From: a virus
Reading direction: 5' to 3' (one strand)
DNA: 64,000 nucleotides
Virus record (IMG/VR): IMGVR_UViG_3300045988_108791
Coordinates: 12,935-76,934 of that record
The translations under genes were made by a program, and so were the position numbers. The notes under the pieces are model-generated. The model was not told the origin of the DNA. It did no database searches and saw only the letters and a list, made by a program, of their open reading frames with translations. Positions 9,369 through 19,563 of the stretch are shown piece after piece; position 1 is the first letter of the stretch; each line of letters begins with the position of its first letter.

Positions 9369-12300
9369 TAATAACATAGATAGATATAATCCTGCTGCTA
9401 AAACCACTTACGAAGATGTGGCAAGGCAAAGGAAATTAGCCGAAGAAGAGAATTACACTCCGGCTACATTACCAGAGACGACAACGCCTCTGGTTCCTAA
9501 TTATATGCCTGGTGAAGGTGTGTATGCCCAACCTAAATTTCCGGATTACGCATCAAGGATAGCTGCTGCCGAATACGAAGAACCGTATATAGCCAAGGAG
9601 ATAAGCAACAGCTACTCGGAGGCACTGGCTCGTAACAGCTACAGGGGGGCTACACCTGCCCCTCCGCCTCTTAATCCCTATGGACCGAAGGTAAGTATCC
9701 GTGAAAGTCATCAGATGGGTAATGATGGGGTATGGCGTACAAAATACCCCAACTATATTCCGGGTATAAACAATGAGGATTATTATGCCAGAAGACAGAG
9801 CGGATGGAGTAAGTTTTGGAATGGTGTAGGTAAATTCGCTTTAAAGTCTGCATTGTATGGTGCTCAAGGAGTTGTGTCATTGCCTGACAAACTTATCAAT
9901 ATGGCATCTGAGGGAAGTTATAAAGCTGCGTTAAACACTAACATGGATAAGTTCGTAGGTGATCTTGACCAGCAAATAGACATGCTTCTTCCCCATTATT
10001 ACAAAAAAGAGGTAGAAGATTATAATTTCGGCCAGAAGCTTTTTAAGGATACCGGTAATTTCTTGTGGAATGACGTCCTTGGTAATGGTATGTCTTTTAC
10101 CGTAGGAGCCATGATATCAGCGTACATGACCGGAGGACTTGGAGTTGGTTCATTAGGAAACATAGGCGCTAAATTAGGTGGAAGAATAGGGGCTAAGTTG
10201 GCAGCAAGGCAAGCTGCCAATAGGGGCATAGGAAACCTTAAAAGTGTGTTTAACGACTATGTAAGAAAAGGAGTTGCTACCGGAAGAAATGTAGGGGAGG
10301 CGGCTAAGACCATGACGTTGTTGGCTACCAGTGCCGGATTCGAGTCATCGGTTGAAGCAAATTCTTTTATGAAGCAATCTGAGTCTGATTTCAAGGATTA
10401 TTATCGTAAGATTTATGGTCGTGATCCCAATGCAGAGGAAATGGCTGTTTTTCGTAATTCTAATGCTGATGTAGGTAGTGCTATATTTGCCGCCAATATA
10501 GGTATCGTAGGATTATCCAACTGGCTTCTTTTTGGTAAGTATATAGGGTTAGGAGGCAAGGCTATACCTGGGTTGGAAAAGAAGCTCAACAAGCATTTAT
10601 TTGGATTAGGAACGGAAGTTGCGAAACCAGGAGAGATGGCTATTAAAATAACCAATCCCAATATAGGACAGAAGATAGCAGGCAATGTTTTCAATATCAT
10701 GAAAAGACCGGTATCTGAAGGCTTATGGGAAGAAGGATCTCAAGGTGCTGTCCAGAATACGGCTGAGGAATATGTTAAGTCAAGATATGACAATGTTGCT
10801 ATGAACGGGGCCGTTGATGTTCTTGATGCTATTTCTGAAGGATTTAAAAAACAATATACGTCTAAAGAAGGATGGACTGAAATAGGAATCGGTGCTATTA
10901 TCGGTTCTTTGTTTGGTATGAGGGAAGGCTTCTTTGGAGTGAAAGAGTATAGTAATAATCAGATATTGCTGGAAAGGCAAGTAAATGAATATAACAAAGC
11001 ATCTTCTAATCTTAATACGGCGGCTTTGAATACGTTGAAAAAGTCAATGAGTTTAGGGCCTCAAGTTCGTTCCGACGCTCAGTCTATGACCGGTAAGGAG
11101 CTTGATGATGCTATGTTTGAAAAGATGTCTATTGACAATCAAATGGGGACCTTAGAGGATTCGGCTGAAAATTTCAGGCAGATGGTTGATATGATGCCTA
11201 TTTCGGAAATAGCCGAAGCTAACGGAATGTCTTTGGAAGAGGCGAAGAAATACAAGGATTCTATTATCGATAATTATAATAATCGTCTTTCTGATTTCAG
11301 ATCTGCTCAAGGTTTTGCCGAAGATCTTATAGGTGATGATTCTAAGATCGAATTTAGAAAATACGTAGCTCGTAATGCCTTCCTTGGCCTTCAATCAGAA
11401 TCAAGGATGAAAGACATAGCTTCTGTCATAGAAACTCTTTCGGGGCAGCCTCGCGTGGCGGATGCGCTAAGTACGTTTTCCCGGCTGTCGGGTAGAGCGA
11501 GGGAGCGGGCTATGGCTATCCGTGGCATACGGTCAAGAATAGAAGAACTTGAATCCGAAATAGAAGATCTTGCTACTCGTTCTCGTAACGTAGATGGAAA
11601 AGATCCACAAGCTGAATCCATACAACGAAAAACTAAAGAATTGGAAGATCTTAGAACCAATTACAATAATTCGTTGTCTGAGTTATCAACGTTAATAGGA
11701 AAAGAGTTTTCGATAGAAGAGTTGGTAAGTAGAACCGAATCTGTTTTATCATCGCCTCTTTCTCCTATAAGTTCACAAGATGTAATAGAAGCCTATGATA
11801 CGCTTGTGGCTTTTGATGATTATTTTAATGTAAAATCAAGACAGGAAAAGAAGTTTACAGCCAAAGACAAAGCCATGAGATCCTTAGTAAACGAATACCG
11901 CAGGAGTTTGATGGACTATAGGAATATGAATAACTTCTTGTCTAAGATGCTTGATAAAAGATTCTTGGCTGAGGAAAACAGGGGATTTTCAAAAGCGCTG
12001 TCTTCTCTATGGTCTACTCCTTATAAGGGGGATGACAAGGTTTCTGATTTTGCAGAGCCTAATAAAGTTGGTGAATATGACACTGATGAGGTAGTAGATC
12101 AAGCTGTGTCAGAAGGTAAGATTTCGGAAGACGAAGCTTGGACTATCAAGGCTTTTATGCATGCTCTTGATAGAGTAAGGGAAGATAGGATGAAGGAGGC
12201 AGAAGATGATACAAAAGAGTCACCGCTTACGGAGTCTGTATCGGATGAAGATTATGAGGCTGCTATGGATAATCCTATTATGGTTCCGGTAGTAAGGCAG

Positions 12301-15300
12301 TCTATAATTGATAAACTATATACAGGTAATGCCGATCTTCTTACTGCGAGAGAAAAAGATGTGTATGATAAATACAAACAAGATTTTGATGATTATGTAT
12401 CGTCTTTAGGTGATAGTCCTGTTAATCTCATTAAATCATTATCTGAAAAGGCTGACAGGCTTACAAGTCCGAGATCAGTATATGAGGAAAATAAAGCTAT
12501 TATTGATATGGCTAAGTCTAATTTGGAGCCAGATCAAAGAAAGGAGCTTGATGATGCTATTTCTTCGTATGTTGATATAATGAACAGGCGGGACAAAGGA
12601 GAGAAAGTTGACGAAGATAAACTTGCAGATTCGGTATTTACCATAGAAGATCTTGGCCAGGTTGGAAATATCACTGACCTCCTTCCTTATATCGAGCAAA
12701 ACAGAATTATTGACAAAGGTCGTATTTCCGAATCTACGTTAAGTAATTTTGGGAAGGATGATGCTAATATAGATTCTCTTGTAAATGAGTTAGATGAATC
12801 CGATAATACGCCTGGAGCTAACATAGATAGTGCCCAGAATCCAGAGACGTTGATGGTAAGAAGAATCTCCAACGACGGCAATGAAAGGTATGAAATTGCC
12901 GGTCTTAGAGCCGATAAATTTATATCTTCTATAAAATCATTGGTTCCTATTCAAATAAGCTCTGAAACGAACGCTAATGGCACTAAAAGGTATTCTCTTA
13001 ACATAGGTGGAGAAACGGCTACCGTGATAGAACTGCCTTATCATGCGAGATGGTCTATAGACAAAGAATCGGCTCGTGTTCTTAATCGCTACACAGATGT
13101 GTCTATTCAGGACGTGGGTAATTCCTATTCTTTGGTTTATAAGCGTCTTGATTCAGATGAGTTGGTTCCGTACAGAACGGGTGTCGGATTCGGAGAGAAT
13201 GAGGTAGATAAAATAGATCAGGAAGCATTATCTTCTTTGAAAAAAGGAGATAAGGTTAATCTCGAAATAGATGTAAATGATACCTATAATCAGTCTCTTT
13301 TTGCCGAATACAATGATGCTGTTCAGTCCGGCGATAAAAAAAGAATAGAATCTGCTGAGAATAAACTGGTGTCCAATATGGTTATCAAGGTCATGAGTGG
13401 GAACCGATTCGTTTCTGTCGTAAAAGCTGATACAGGAGGCATAGATGGTATAAGTAAGATAAGAAGAACGGCTTTTAACAAGTGGAAGAAGGACGCCGGC
13501 CGGTCGGCTACCATCGGCGTCGGCACGCATGTTGTTGCCCAGACCCTTCCCGGAAGACCGGTGTTTAACATGAAGGTGAACGGTCAAGGATATGGCCAGA
13601 TAGAAAATCTCCCTATTACCGAAAAAGGTGCTGAAAAAGTATCTGATGTCGGATATGTATTAAATGGCAAAGTCGTGCTTAAGAACGGATCTAAATACAC
13701 AGGCTTCCCATTTGCTTATTCTATATTAAATGACAAGGGGAATAATTACAAAAATGTAAGAGTTCCGGTAGTTGTCATCAAAGGTAAAAACGGTCTTAAT
13801 TATCTTTTCCCAGTTAGCCTACGTTCTGTGGAATCAGAGGAAGGGCGGAAATGGATGTCTTTTATAGATATGCTGCTTGAATCCGGTGATTCTGAATTGC
13901 TACAGATGGGTCAAGATGATATACAAGATCTTAATGCGTATCTAACCAAGTTAGGTCTTGATCCGGCTTCGTATCAAGTATCGTATTTGAATCCTATTTC
14001 AGGTCTTAGAAAAGCTCGTGAGGCTATAGAAGAATTATCTACAGTTCCTGATGTTGTTAAGTGGGTAGAAGATGGAAGTAGGAGTGTGAAAGACATTGTG
14101 ACGTCTGAAGTAGAATCTGGAATAGATTTCGAAGGTGAGATGTTTGTTGCTCCTAAGATCAGGATTCAGTTTGGTAAATCATCTTCCAGACCTAAATCAC
14201 TTATAGAGGATGATCTTCCTTTCTCTGATGAGGGTAAGACCGTTACTTCTAAAGAAGACGTGGATGTTTATGAAGAGGAAATGCCAGAGGAAGGGGCTGT
14301 CCAGGAGACTCAGCCGGCGCCATTAGCTCAGCCGACTCCTGCGGCACAAGCTGCGCGGTCTTTACCTGGCAAGAAGCGTACCTCCAGGAAAAACTTCTCT
14401 CTTATGTTAAACGAAATAGAATCTCATATAGAAAAAGAAGGATTGCCGTCTTATGCTAATATTTTTGATTTTATAGCAAGGAAGATTGTAGGAGGTGACT
14501 TGAGGTTTCTTCGTGAGAGAGGTAATCCTAAAAGTCTTAAGGAGGAAATGGGATTAGAACCTAAAGGAACAGTAGGTGATAAAATATCCACTCCTTCCAG
14601 TAAAGGTGGTAAGACCTTAAATGAATACGTTTCTTGGCTTCGTTCTCAAACAGATCAGGTGGTGGTTGATTATGTTGGGCCAAGATCTGACGAACAAATT
14701 ATATCAGAGTTGAAAAACTTTTTGAAATATATTAATTTTGTTCCGAGTAAGGCTTTGAATTATTCTCTTAGAGTCAATGGCATGGATACCCTAAAAGAAT
14801 ATGGCACAAAAGAGGAAGTAGAAAAAATGGAATCTGATATCAATAGTTTGGTTTCTAAAGTTTTGCCTACGGTGGATAATAAAACTGTAGAAGATGTTTC
14901 TACTGCAATAAAATCAAACAACTTGCCTGCCATATGGGAGCCCGTGGAAAGCCTTGATATGACAAACGAGGAAAAAATAGAGTTTTTGAATAACGTAGCA
15001 GATTTCCTTAGCGGCATACCAGAGTATGATGCTGTCGTGGAGTCTATAGAGTCAGAATCAGATAATATTTTAAATGATGGAAAAGAAGGAAGTGCAGAAG
15101 GCGGTGCAGTACGCACTGAGGAAGATGGCGATAAAAAGGGAGATGGAGAAGGCAAAGGACAATCCAGAACAAATGTCGAAGTTAAAGGAAATGTCGAATT
15201 ACCTGGATATGAAGAAGGAAGAGTAGATAACTATAGGAAGAACGGAGATAAGTTCTCTGACATTGCTGAAGTCACTTTATGGCTACTTAGAAGGGCTGCC

Positions 15301-16002
15301 GGCATAACCTCTATCCCGGAAGGAGAAGAGGTTTATGTAGAGGGAGATGAGGTTAATAGTATTATGACCGATATGGAATCAAGGTATGGTATAGACACCA
15401 TCAACCACTCACATACGACTAAGGCTATAAGGGATCTTGACGGCGTGTCAGGTTATAAAGTAGAATACGGCTTAACCTTTTTGACATACGATCCTTTTAT
15501 TAGAATATCCAATCCAAGGAAAGAATCTAAGGCTGCGAAAGACGAGCCTCGTATATCCGAAGAACCGCTTACTCACATATCAAGGGTGACAACCCCTTAT
15601 TTCCTGTACGGCGGTGATGAAGCATATACATCTGTTCCGGCTAAGGTAGAACCTATACCGGAGAAGATAATGGGTCGTAATGGCATTAAATTTGGTATGA
15701 GTGTAGTCGAGTTAACCAAATTAGGGTACAAAAAAGCTGGTGGAAACTGGATATATAAATTCTATATGAACTCAGGTGTGTATGATTTGTATAATATCAG
15801 TACCGGTGAAGCGTTTAGGGCAAAACCGGATCTTGGAGTTAAGATAAGTTCCAGTGCATTCATCTGCTCTTTATCTCAATCTGGTAGAAAAATACAAAAT
15901 ATGATGAGTAACATGAGTCAGGAAGAGATAGATAGGAATAAGAATCTCGTAGAAGGTTCTGATAATTCGGATTCGATAAATGAGTTAAATAAAGAGTGTT
16001 GA
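9361..16002 (+). CDS. giant virion/ejection protein (2213 aa) with N-terminal Gly-zipper hydrophobic segments and coiled coils
   Basis: Overlaps the upstream gene by 8 nt. Hydrophobic Gly-rich segments include SFTVGAMISAYMTGGLGVGSLGNIGAKLGG, VGSAIFAANIGIVGLSNWLLFGKYIGLGG and IGIGAIIGSLFGM, followed by long heptad-like coiled coils. This resembles membrane-inserting ejection proteins or tape-measure proteins. Confidence 0.8.
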   Translation: MADNNIDRYNPAAKTTYEDVARQRKLAEEENYTPATLPETTTPLVPNYMPGEGVYAQPKFPDYASRIAAAEYEEPYIAKEISNSYSEALARNSYRGATPAPPPLNPYGPKVSIRESHQMGNDGVWRTKYPNYIPGINNEDYYARRQSGWSKFWNGVGKFALKSALYGAQGVVSLPDKLINMASEGSYKAALNTNMDKFVGDLDQQIDMLLPHYYKKEVEDYNFGQKLFKDTGNFLWNDVLGNGMSFTVGAMISAYMTGGLGVGSLGNIGAKLGGRIGAKLAARQAANRGIGNLKSVFNDYVRKGVATGRNVGEAAKTMTLLATSAGFESSVEANSFMKQSESDFKDYYRKIYGRDPNAEEMAVFRNSNADVGSAIFAANIGIVGLSNWLLFGKYIGLGGKAIPGLEKKLNKHLFGLGTEVAKPGEMAIKITNPNIGQKIAGNVFNIMKRPVSEGLWEEGSQGAVQNTAEEYVKSRYDNVAMNGAVDVLDAISEGFKKQYTSKEGWTEIGIGAIIGSLFGMREGFFGVKEYSNNQILLERQVNEYNKASSNLNTAALNTLKKSMSLGPQVRSDAQSMTGKELDDAMFEKMSIDNQMGTLEDSAENFRQMVDMMPISEIAEANGMSLEEAKKYKDSIIDNYNNRLSDFRSAQGFAEDLIGDDSKIEFRKYVARNAFLGLQSESRMKDIASVIETLSGQPRVADALSTFSRLSGRARERAMAIRGIRSRIEELESEIEDLATRSRNVDGKDPQAESIQRKTKELEDLRTNYNNSLSELSTLIGKEFSIEELVSRTESVLSSPLSPISSQDVIEAYDTLVAFDDYFNVKSRQEKKFTAKDKAMRSLVNEYRRSLMDYRNMNNFLSKMLDKRFLAEENRGFSKALSSLWSTPYKGDDKVSDFAEPNKVGEYDTDEVVDQAVSEGKISEDEAWTIKAFMHALDRVREDRMKEAEDDTKESPLTESVSDEDYEAAMDNPIMVPVVRQSIIDKLYTGNADLLTAREKDVYDKYKQDFDDYVSSLGDSPVNLIKSLSEKADRLTSPRSVYEENKAIIDMAKSNLEPDQRKELDDAISSYVDIMNRRDKGEKVDEDKLADSVFTIEDLGQVGNITDLLPYIEQNRIIDKGRISESTLSNFGKDDANIDSLVNELDESDNTPGANIDSAQNPETLMVRRISNDGNERYEIAGLRADKFISSIKSLVPIQISSETNANGTKRYSLNIGGETATVIELPYHARWSIDKESARVLNRYTDVSIQDVGNSYSLVYKRLDSDELVPYRTGVGFGENEVDKIDQEALSSLKKGDKVNLEIDVNDTYNQSLFAEYNDAVQSGDKKRIESAENKLVSNMVIKVMSGNRFVSVVKADTGGIDGISKIRRTAFNKWKKDAGRSATIGVGTHVVAQTLPGRPVFNMKVNGQGYGQIENLPITEKGAEKVSDVGYVLNGKVVLKNGSKYTGFPFAYSILNDKGNNYKNVRVPVVVIKGKNGLNYLFPVSLRSVESEEGRKWMSFIDMLLESGDSELLQMGQDDIQDLNAYLTKLGLDPASYQVSYLNPISGLRKAREAIEELSTVPDVVKWVEDGSRSVKDIVTSEVESGIDFEGEMFVAPKIRIQFGKSSSRPKSLIEDDLPFSDEGKTVTSKEDVDVYEEEMPEEGAVQETQPAPLAQPTPAAQAARSLPGKKRTSRKNFSLMLNEIESHIEKEGLPSYANIFDFIARKIVGGDLRFLRERGNPKSLKEEMGLEPKGTVGDKISTPSSKGGKTLNEYVSWLRSQTDQVVVDYVGPRSDEQIISELKNFLKYINFVPSKALNYSLRVNGMDTLKEYGTKEEVEKMESDINSLVSKVLPTVDNKTVEDVSTAIKSNNLPAIWEPVESLDMTNEEKIEFLNNVADFLSGIPEYDAVVESIESESDNILNDGKEGSAEGGAVRTEEDGDKKGDGEGKGQSRTNVEVKGNVELPGYEEGRVDNYRKNGDKFSDIAEVTLWLLRRAAGITSIPEGEEVYVEGDEVNSIMTDMESRYGIDTINHSHTTKAIRDLDGVSGYKVEYGLTFLTYDPFIRISNPRKESKAAKDEPRISEEPLTHISRVTTPYFLYGGDEAYTSVPAKVEPIPEKIMGRNGIKFGMSVVELTKLGYKKAGGNWIYKFYMNSGVYDLYNISTGEAFRAKPDLGVKISSSAFICSLSQSGRKIQNMMSNMSQEEIDRNKNLVEGSDNSDSINELNKEC

Positions 16003-16004
16003 GT

Positions 16005-16535
16005 ATGAGAAGGAGATTTTTTAATGCTGCGGATAATTTCGTGGGAGGATGTTATAATAAGTTATCCAATGAAGATATAAAAAGGCTTGGAGGGAAAAGA
16101 CCTTATGTATGTCAGTTTAATAAAATTCATATACATATAGGACCTGTATTAAAAGATCATGATTCTGATGTTAGTTACATAATGTTTAATAGTAATTGGA
16201 ATTATGGTGGTTATGAATCTATGGTTTATAATCATAGCTATAATGGTATTTTTATATTAGGTGAAAACAAAATTGGTAACATAGAAGATCATATACAAGA
16301 TCTAACATATTGGTACGAATATGATCCAAGCATTAATGAAAATTATTGTTATTTTTATTATGAGGCTAATAACAGCGGAAATGCTATCAAGTTGAATGGT
16401 GAGTTTGGTGATACCAGTACTGTTTTCAACATTCCCAGCTTGGAAGTCACCACTCTTCGTGATGGCAGTTTGAGTTTTCCGGAGATTTATATAGAAGGAA
16501 TTTGGGATCCGTCATTGTATAAGTCGGTTTTATAA
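16005..16535 (+). CDS. hypothetical protein (176 aa), beta-rich, N/Y/G-rich
   Basis: The ORF track starts at GTG 15996. The first ATG is at 16005 (MRRRFFNAADNF...). The sequence looks like a small fibre, lectin-like or binding module. Confidence 0.65.
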   Translation: MRRRFFNAADNFVGGCYNKLSNEDIKRLGGKRPYVCQFNKIHIHIGPVLKDHDSDVSYIMFNSNWNYGGYESMVYNHSYNGIFILGENKIGNIEDHIQDLTYWYEYDPSINENYCYFYYEANNSGNAIKLNGEFGDTSTVFNIPSLEVTTLRDGSLSFPEIYIEGIWDPSLYKSVL

Positions 16536-16559
16536 TTAACTTTGCAAAAAAGTTAATTA
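16533..16559. promoter_or_regulatory. 10-bp perfect inverted repeat overlapping -7 element TAACTTTG
   Basis: TAATTAACTT (16533-16542) / AAGTTAATTA (16550-16559) around TGCAAAA. TAACTTTG is at 16537-16544, and ATG 16562 is 18 nt downstream. This is an operator-like arrangement. Confidence 0.3.
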
Positions 16560-16561
16560 CA

Positions 16562-18820
16562 ATGGGTGTCAAATGTCAGATAGAAAAAAAGGAAAATGAA
16601 ATAAAACGGGTTAAGGCTCCTAACGGGGAGCCTTCCGTTCTTTACGAAAGTGCTTTAAAAGTATTAGGAAACAGCGAGCGGGCTCTTCAGGTATGGGCTA
16701 AGGCTTACACTCCTGGTTTTTTGTCGTATTACGGTCATTGGAATAACCCGGCTCCAGGAGAGATGTTTAATACCGATCCCAATGGTGAACCTCTTTTAGA
16801 AGACGTGCTGTCGTATATGAAGCGTCAGACTTATTTTGCTGATCCTTTAACGGCTCAGGATGTTAAGGATGTAAGGGATTTCCTTTTGTCTACTCATTAT
16901 TTTTTCAATGCGTCTTCATTGTCTAATGCTATTCTCTTCGATTTTTATGTAGATGGCAGTTTGATACTGAATGAGCAGAAATTAAGGAGATCCGGTTTGT
17001 ATGATGAAACAGAAATAAGTCGTATTTTATCCGATCCTTCTGTTTTAAACGAGGTTTCGACTTCCATGAGAAAGTTAATAGATTCTTCTATTAACGAACA
17101 TGATAGGGAAAAAGATAATTATTTTATGTCTATTGACTATCAGTATGGTCCTATTGTTTACAAGGAGGGAGTGTTTAACCAATTTGGTAAAAAGGTACCA
17201 TATAATCCTTCTGAGCTTTATTATGCTATGCGTAAAACAGTAGCCGGCATAAAAAACTTTTCTGAATTTTCATCTGCTTTTGAATCGTTGAGAAATTCAT
17301 ATCCTGAACTGGTTGAGAAATTCGTTTCTGATAAAGAATTTGCCGAATCTATGTTTGATGAGTTCTCATCTACGAATAAGATTCCGGTAATAAACATAGA
17401 AGGGGATGATGTGGTAGAAGGCAAGAGAATATCCTTGTCTAAGCTACAAGATCTGTCTTATTACAATCCTGGTAAAATAGAGTTCCTAAGAGCTCGTATA
17501 TCAGCTTATTTACATAGGGCTAATGCCGACACCGAATCCGATTTAAGAAGCATGATATGGGATATAGAAGAGGCTTGTACGTGGTTTGGCATAGATATAA
17601 TAGGGACATCGGAAACTTATGATGGCACAGAAGAATCTTTGAATAAGATAGATAATTTGATGCTGGATCTTGATATTTATGTGGCCAGGCATAATGATGT
17701 AAATTATGCTCCAACGCTGGCATCTTCTATAGATGATGTTCTTGGTGATAGTACAGACTATTATTTTGGATTATTGCCGGAGTATATGGATAATTTGAAT
17801 ATCGTTTATTCTGAATCCGATATAGACCCAGTAGAGGCATTTGAGAAACATTCATTGCTTAAGGTAGGAGATAATCTATATCAAAGGATCAGCAAAGATG
17901 ATCTTAACGAGATGTATCAAATATCAACAGTATTAGCCAAGCACAACCTAACTCATTTTTCTACTAAAATATATCCTGAATCTTGTTTTAAGAACGGCGT
18001 TTTGGATAAAGAGAAAGTACGGAACGTAGATAATAATACGCTCATGGCTTCCATTAAAAAATACGTCAGATCGTTCATGGATTCTCAGAACACAGAGGAC
18101 ATGATAATGACCAGGATGGCGTTTGGGCACCCGGAGGTACTTGACGTTCCTTACGTGGATGTGGATCGGGAGTATAGTCGATACATGAACAAAAAACAAG
18201 ATAGCGAAAACCCATTATCCTTATTCGATTTATACCAATCTTACCTTGACAACAAACTCCATAAAACAAAATTATATGATAATGCCTATAAGTATCTTGA
18301 CTTCAAACCTGGTCCATCTTTGGGTCTTATTTCTGATGATCCTGATATTTTGAAATCAATAGAATTATCTTTATCTGGAAAAGACAGGTTGATGTTGTTT
18401 GATTATAGCATGACCAGTACCGACCCTTCTTTATCAGAATTGTTTTATTTGGAGAGGTATGACCCTTCGTATGCTGGGAATGATTTTGAACACTATTTTT
18501 ACACCAGGCACCCGTATTTGTTAAAAGAAAAATCGGGTTCTAATATCGTAGAGCAAGATGGTGTTATAACAGCAGAAGGTATTTATGATAATTTTATAAG
18601 AGTAGGTAATAAGATATGGTCTAAAGTAAGCGAGAGTAGTTCCGGCTCTATCTACCAAAATCTGACAGGAACCGAATCGGAGGTGAAATACGATTCTACT
18701 CAGAAGGCTAAGACGGTAGAAACTGATTACGCTCCATACCAAAACAGATCTGGCTTGACGCAAGACATGACCGTAAGCAAGTCTGAATTGGATGATCTTA
18801 ACAAATTAGAATGCAGGTAA
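16562..18820 (+). CDS. large virion-associated protein (752 aa), function unknown
   Basis: Long uninterrupted ORF in the same operon-like series as the upstream giants. No recognisable catalytic motif. Confidence 0.75.
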   Translation: MGVKCQIEKKENEIKRVKAPNGEPSVLYESALKVLGNSERALQVWAKAYTPGFLSYYGHWNNPAPGEMFNTDPNGEPLLEDVLSYMKRQTYFADPLTAQDVKDVRDFLLSTHYFFNASSLSNAILFDFYVDGSLILNEQKLRRSGLYDETEISRILSDPSVLNEVSTSMRKLIDSSINEHDREKDNYFMSIDYQYGPIVYKEGVFNQFGKKVPYNPSELYYAMRKTVAGIKNFSEFSSAFESLRNSYPELVEKFVSDKEFAESMFDEFSSTNKIPVINIEGDDVVEGKRISLSKLQDLSYYNPGKIEFLRARISAYLHRANADTESDLRSMIWDIEEACTWFGIDIIGTSETYDGTEESLNKIDNLMLDLDIYVARHNDVNYAPTLASSIDDVLGDSTDYYFGLLPEYMDNLNIVYSESDIDPVEAFEKHSLLKVGDNLYQRISKDDLNEMYQISTVLAKHNLTHFSTKIYPESCFKNGVLDKEKVRNVDNNTLMASIKKYVRSFMDSQNTEDMIMTRMAFGHPEVLDVPYVDVDREYSRYMNKKQDSENPLSLFDLYQSYLDNKLHKTKLYDNAYKYLDFKPGPSLGLISDDPDILKSIELSLSGKDRLMLFDYSMTSTDPSLSELFYLERYDPSYAGNDFEHYFYTRHPYLLKEKSGSNIVEQDGVITAEGIYDNFIRVGNKIWSKVSESSSGSIYQNLTGTESEVKYDSTQKAKTVETDYAPYQNRSGLTQDMTVSKSELDDLNKLECR

Positions 18821-19232
18821 TTTTTGTACATATATATAGTTTTTTCATAGTTATAATTTGGGAAGTGAGGCTTGTTAAAGTCTCACTTTCTCATATATGT
18901 ACGTATATCAATAACATACAAGAAAAGTTAGATTTTCATTGTTTATGAATTATTTTTATTAAGTTTGCAATATTAGTTTCAGGAAGGGATTATGGAAATA
19001 AGGAAAAAGTAAGAACCGAACGTAACTAATAACAGTAGGAAATGAGAATCAGTACCATCAAACGTAACAACAGCATTCATCTTATGTATAAAAACATTAT
19101 GAATGATTTAGGTCAATTAAGAACTGTAGTTTCAAAATCCTATATTTATAATCTGATACAAAATCAAACCGGATTAAGTATCAGAACTATATCCCATGTC
19201 TTGAATCACACAAAAGAACAGGATACAGATTC

Positions 19233-19263
19233 TTTGTGAAAAGCATACATTTTCATACATTTG
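19233..19263 (+). promoter_or_regulatory. consensus Bacteroidota sigma-A promoter (-33 TTTG / 19-nt spacer / -7 TAcaTTTG)
   Basis: TTTG at 19233-19236 and TACATTTG at 19256-19263, with exactly 19 nt between them. The predicted TSS is near 19270. Confidence 0.45.
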
Positions 19264-19264
19264 T

Positions 19265-19350
19265 GTGTTCTTTAGTTTTTAGATTTAAGTTTTTCATGGT
19301 ATTAGTTTAGAGATCAGGGCTCGCAGTGATGCGGGCCCTGGTTTGATTTA
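19265..19350 (+). ncRNA. candidate ~80-nt small RNA (promoter-to-terminator unit without ORF)
   Basis: Bounded by the promoter above and a strong terminator: stem CAGGGCTCGCA (19315-19325) / TGCGGGCCCTG (19330-19340), loop GTGA, then GTTTGATTT. There is no ORF on this strand. Confidence 0.3.
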
Positions 19351-19563
19351 CAGCGCTTTACCCAAAATGGGAAAAGCGTAAGTTATTGATTGTAAAGTTT
19401 TCCACTTAAATGGGGAAAATTGCTCATTGTGTATTATTTTTCTATCTTTTCTGAAAATACTTCTCTTCTATAGGAAATAAACACACCTATATTCCACCTT
19501 ACAATCATGATCTTTGTTACGTGCTTCATGCACGTATGTTTAACAATTAAATACTATAAAATT

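Noticed and set aside
19042-19239. ORF 19042-19239 (65 aa) in the 685-bp intergenic region
   Set aside because: It has no promoter-like element in a suitable position and the sequence is AT-rich and low-complexity. The region is better interpreted as regulatory DNA plus the sRNA candidate, though a small gene cannot be excluded.
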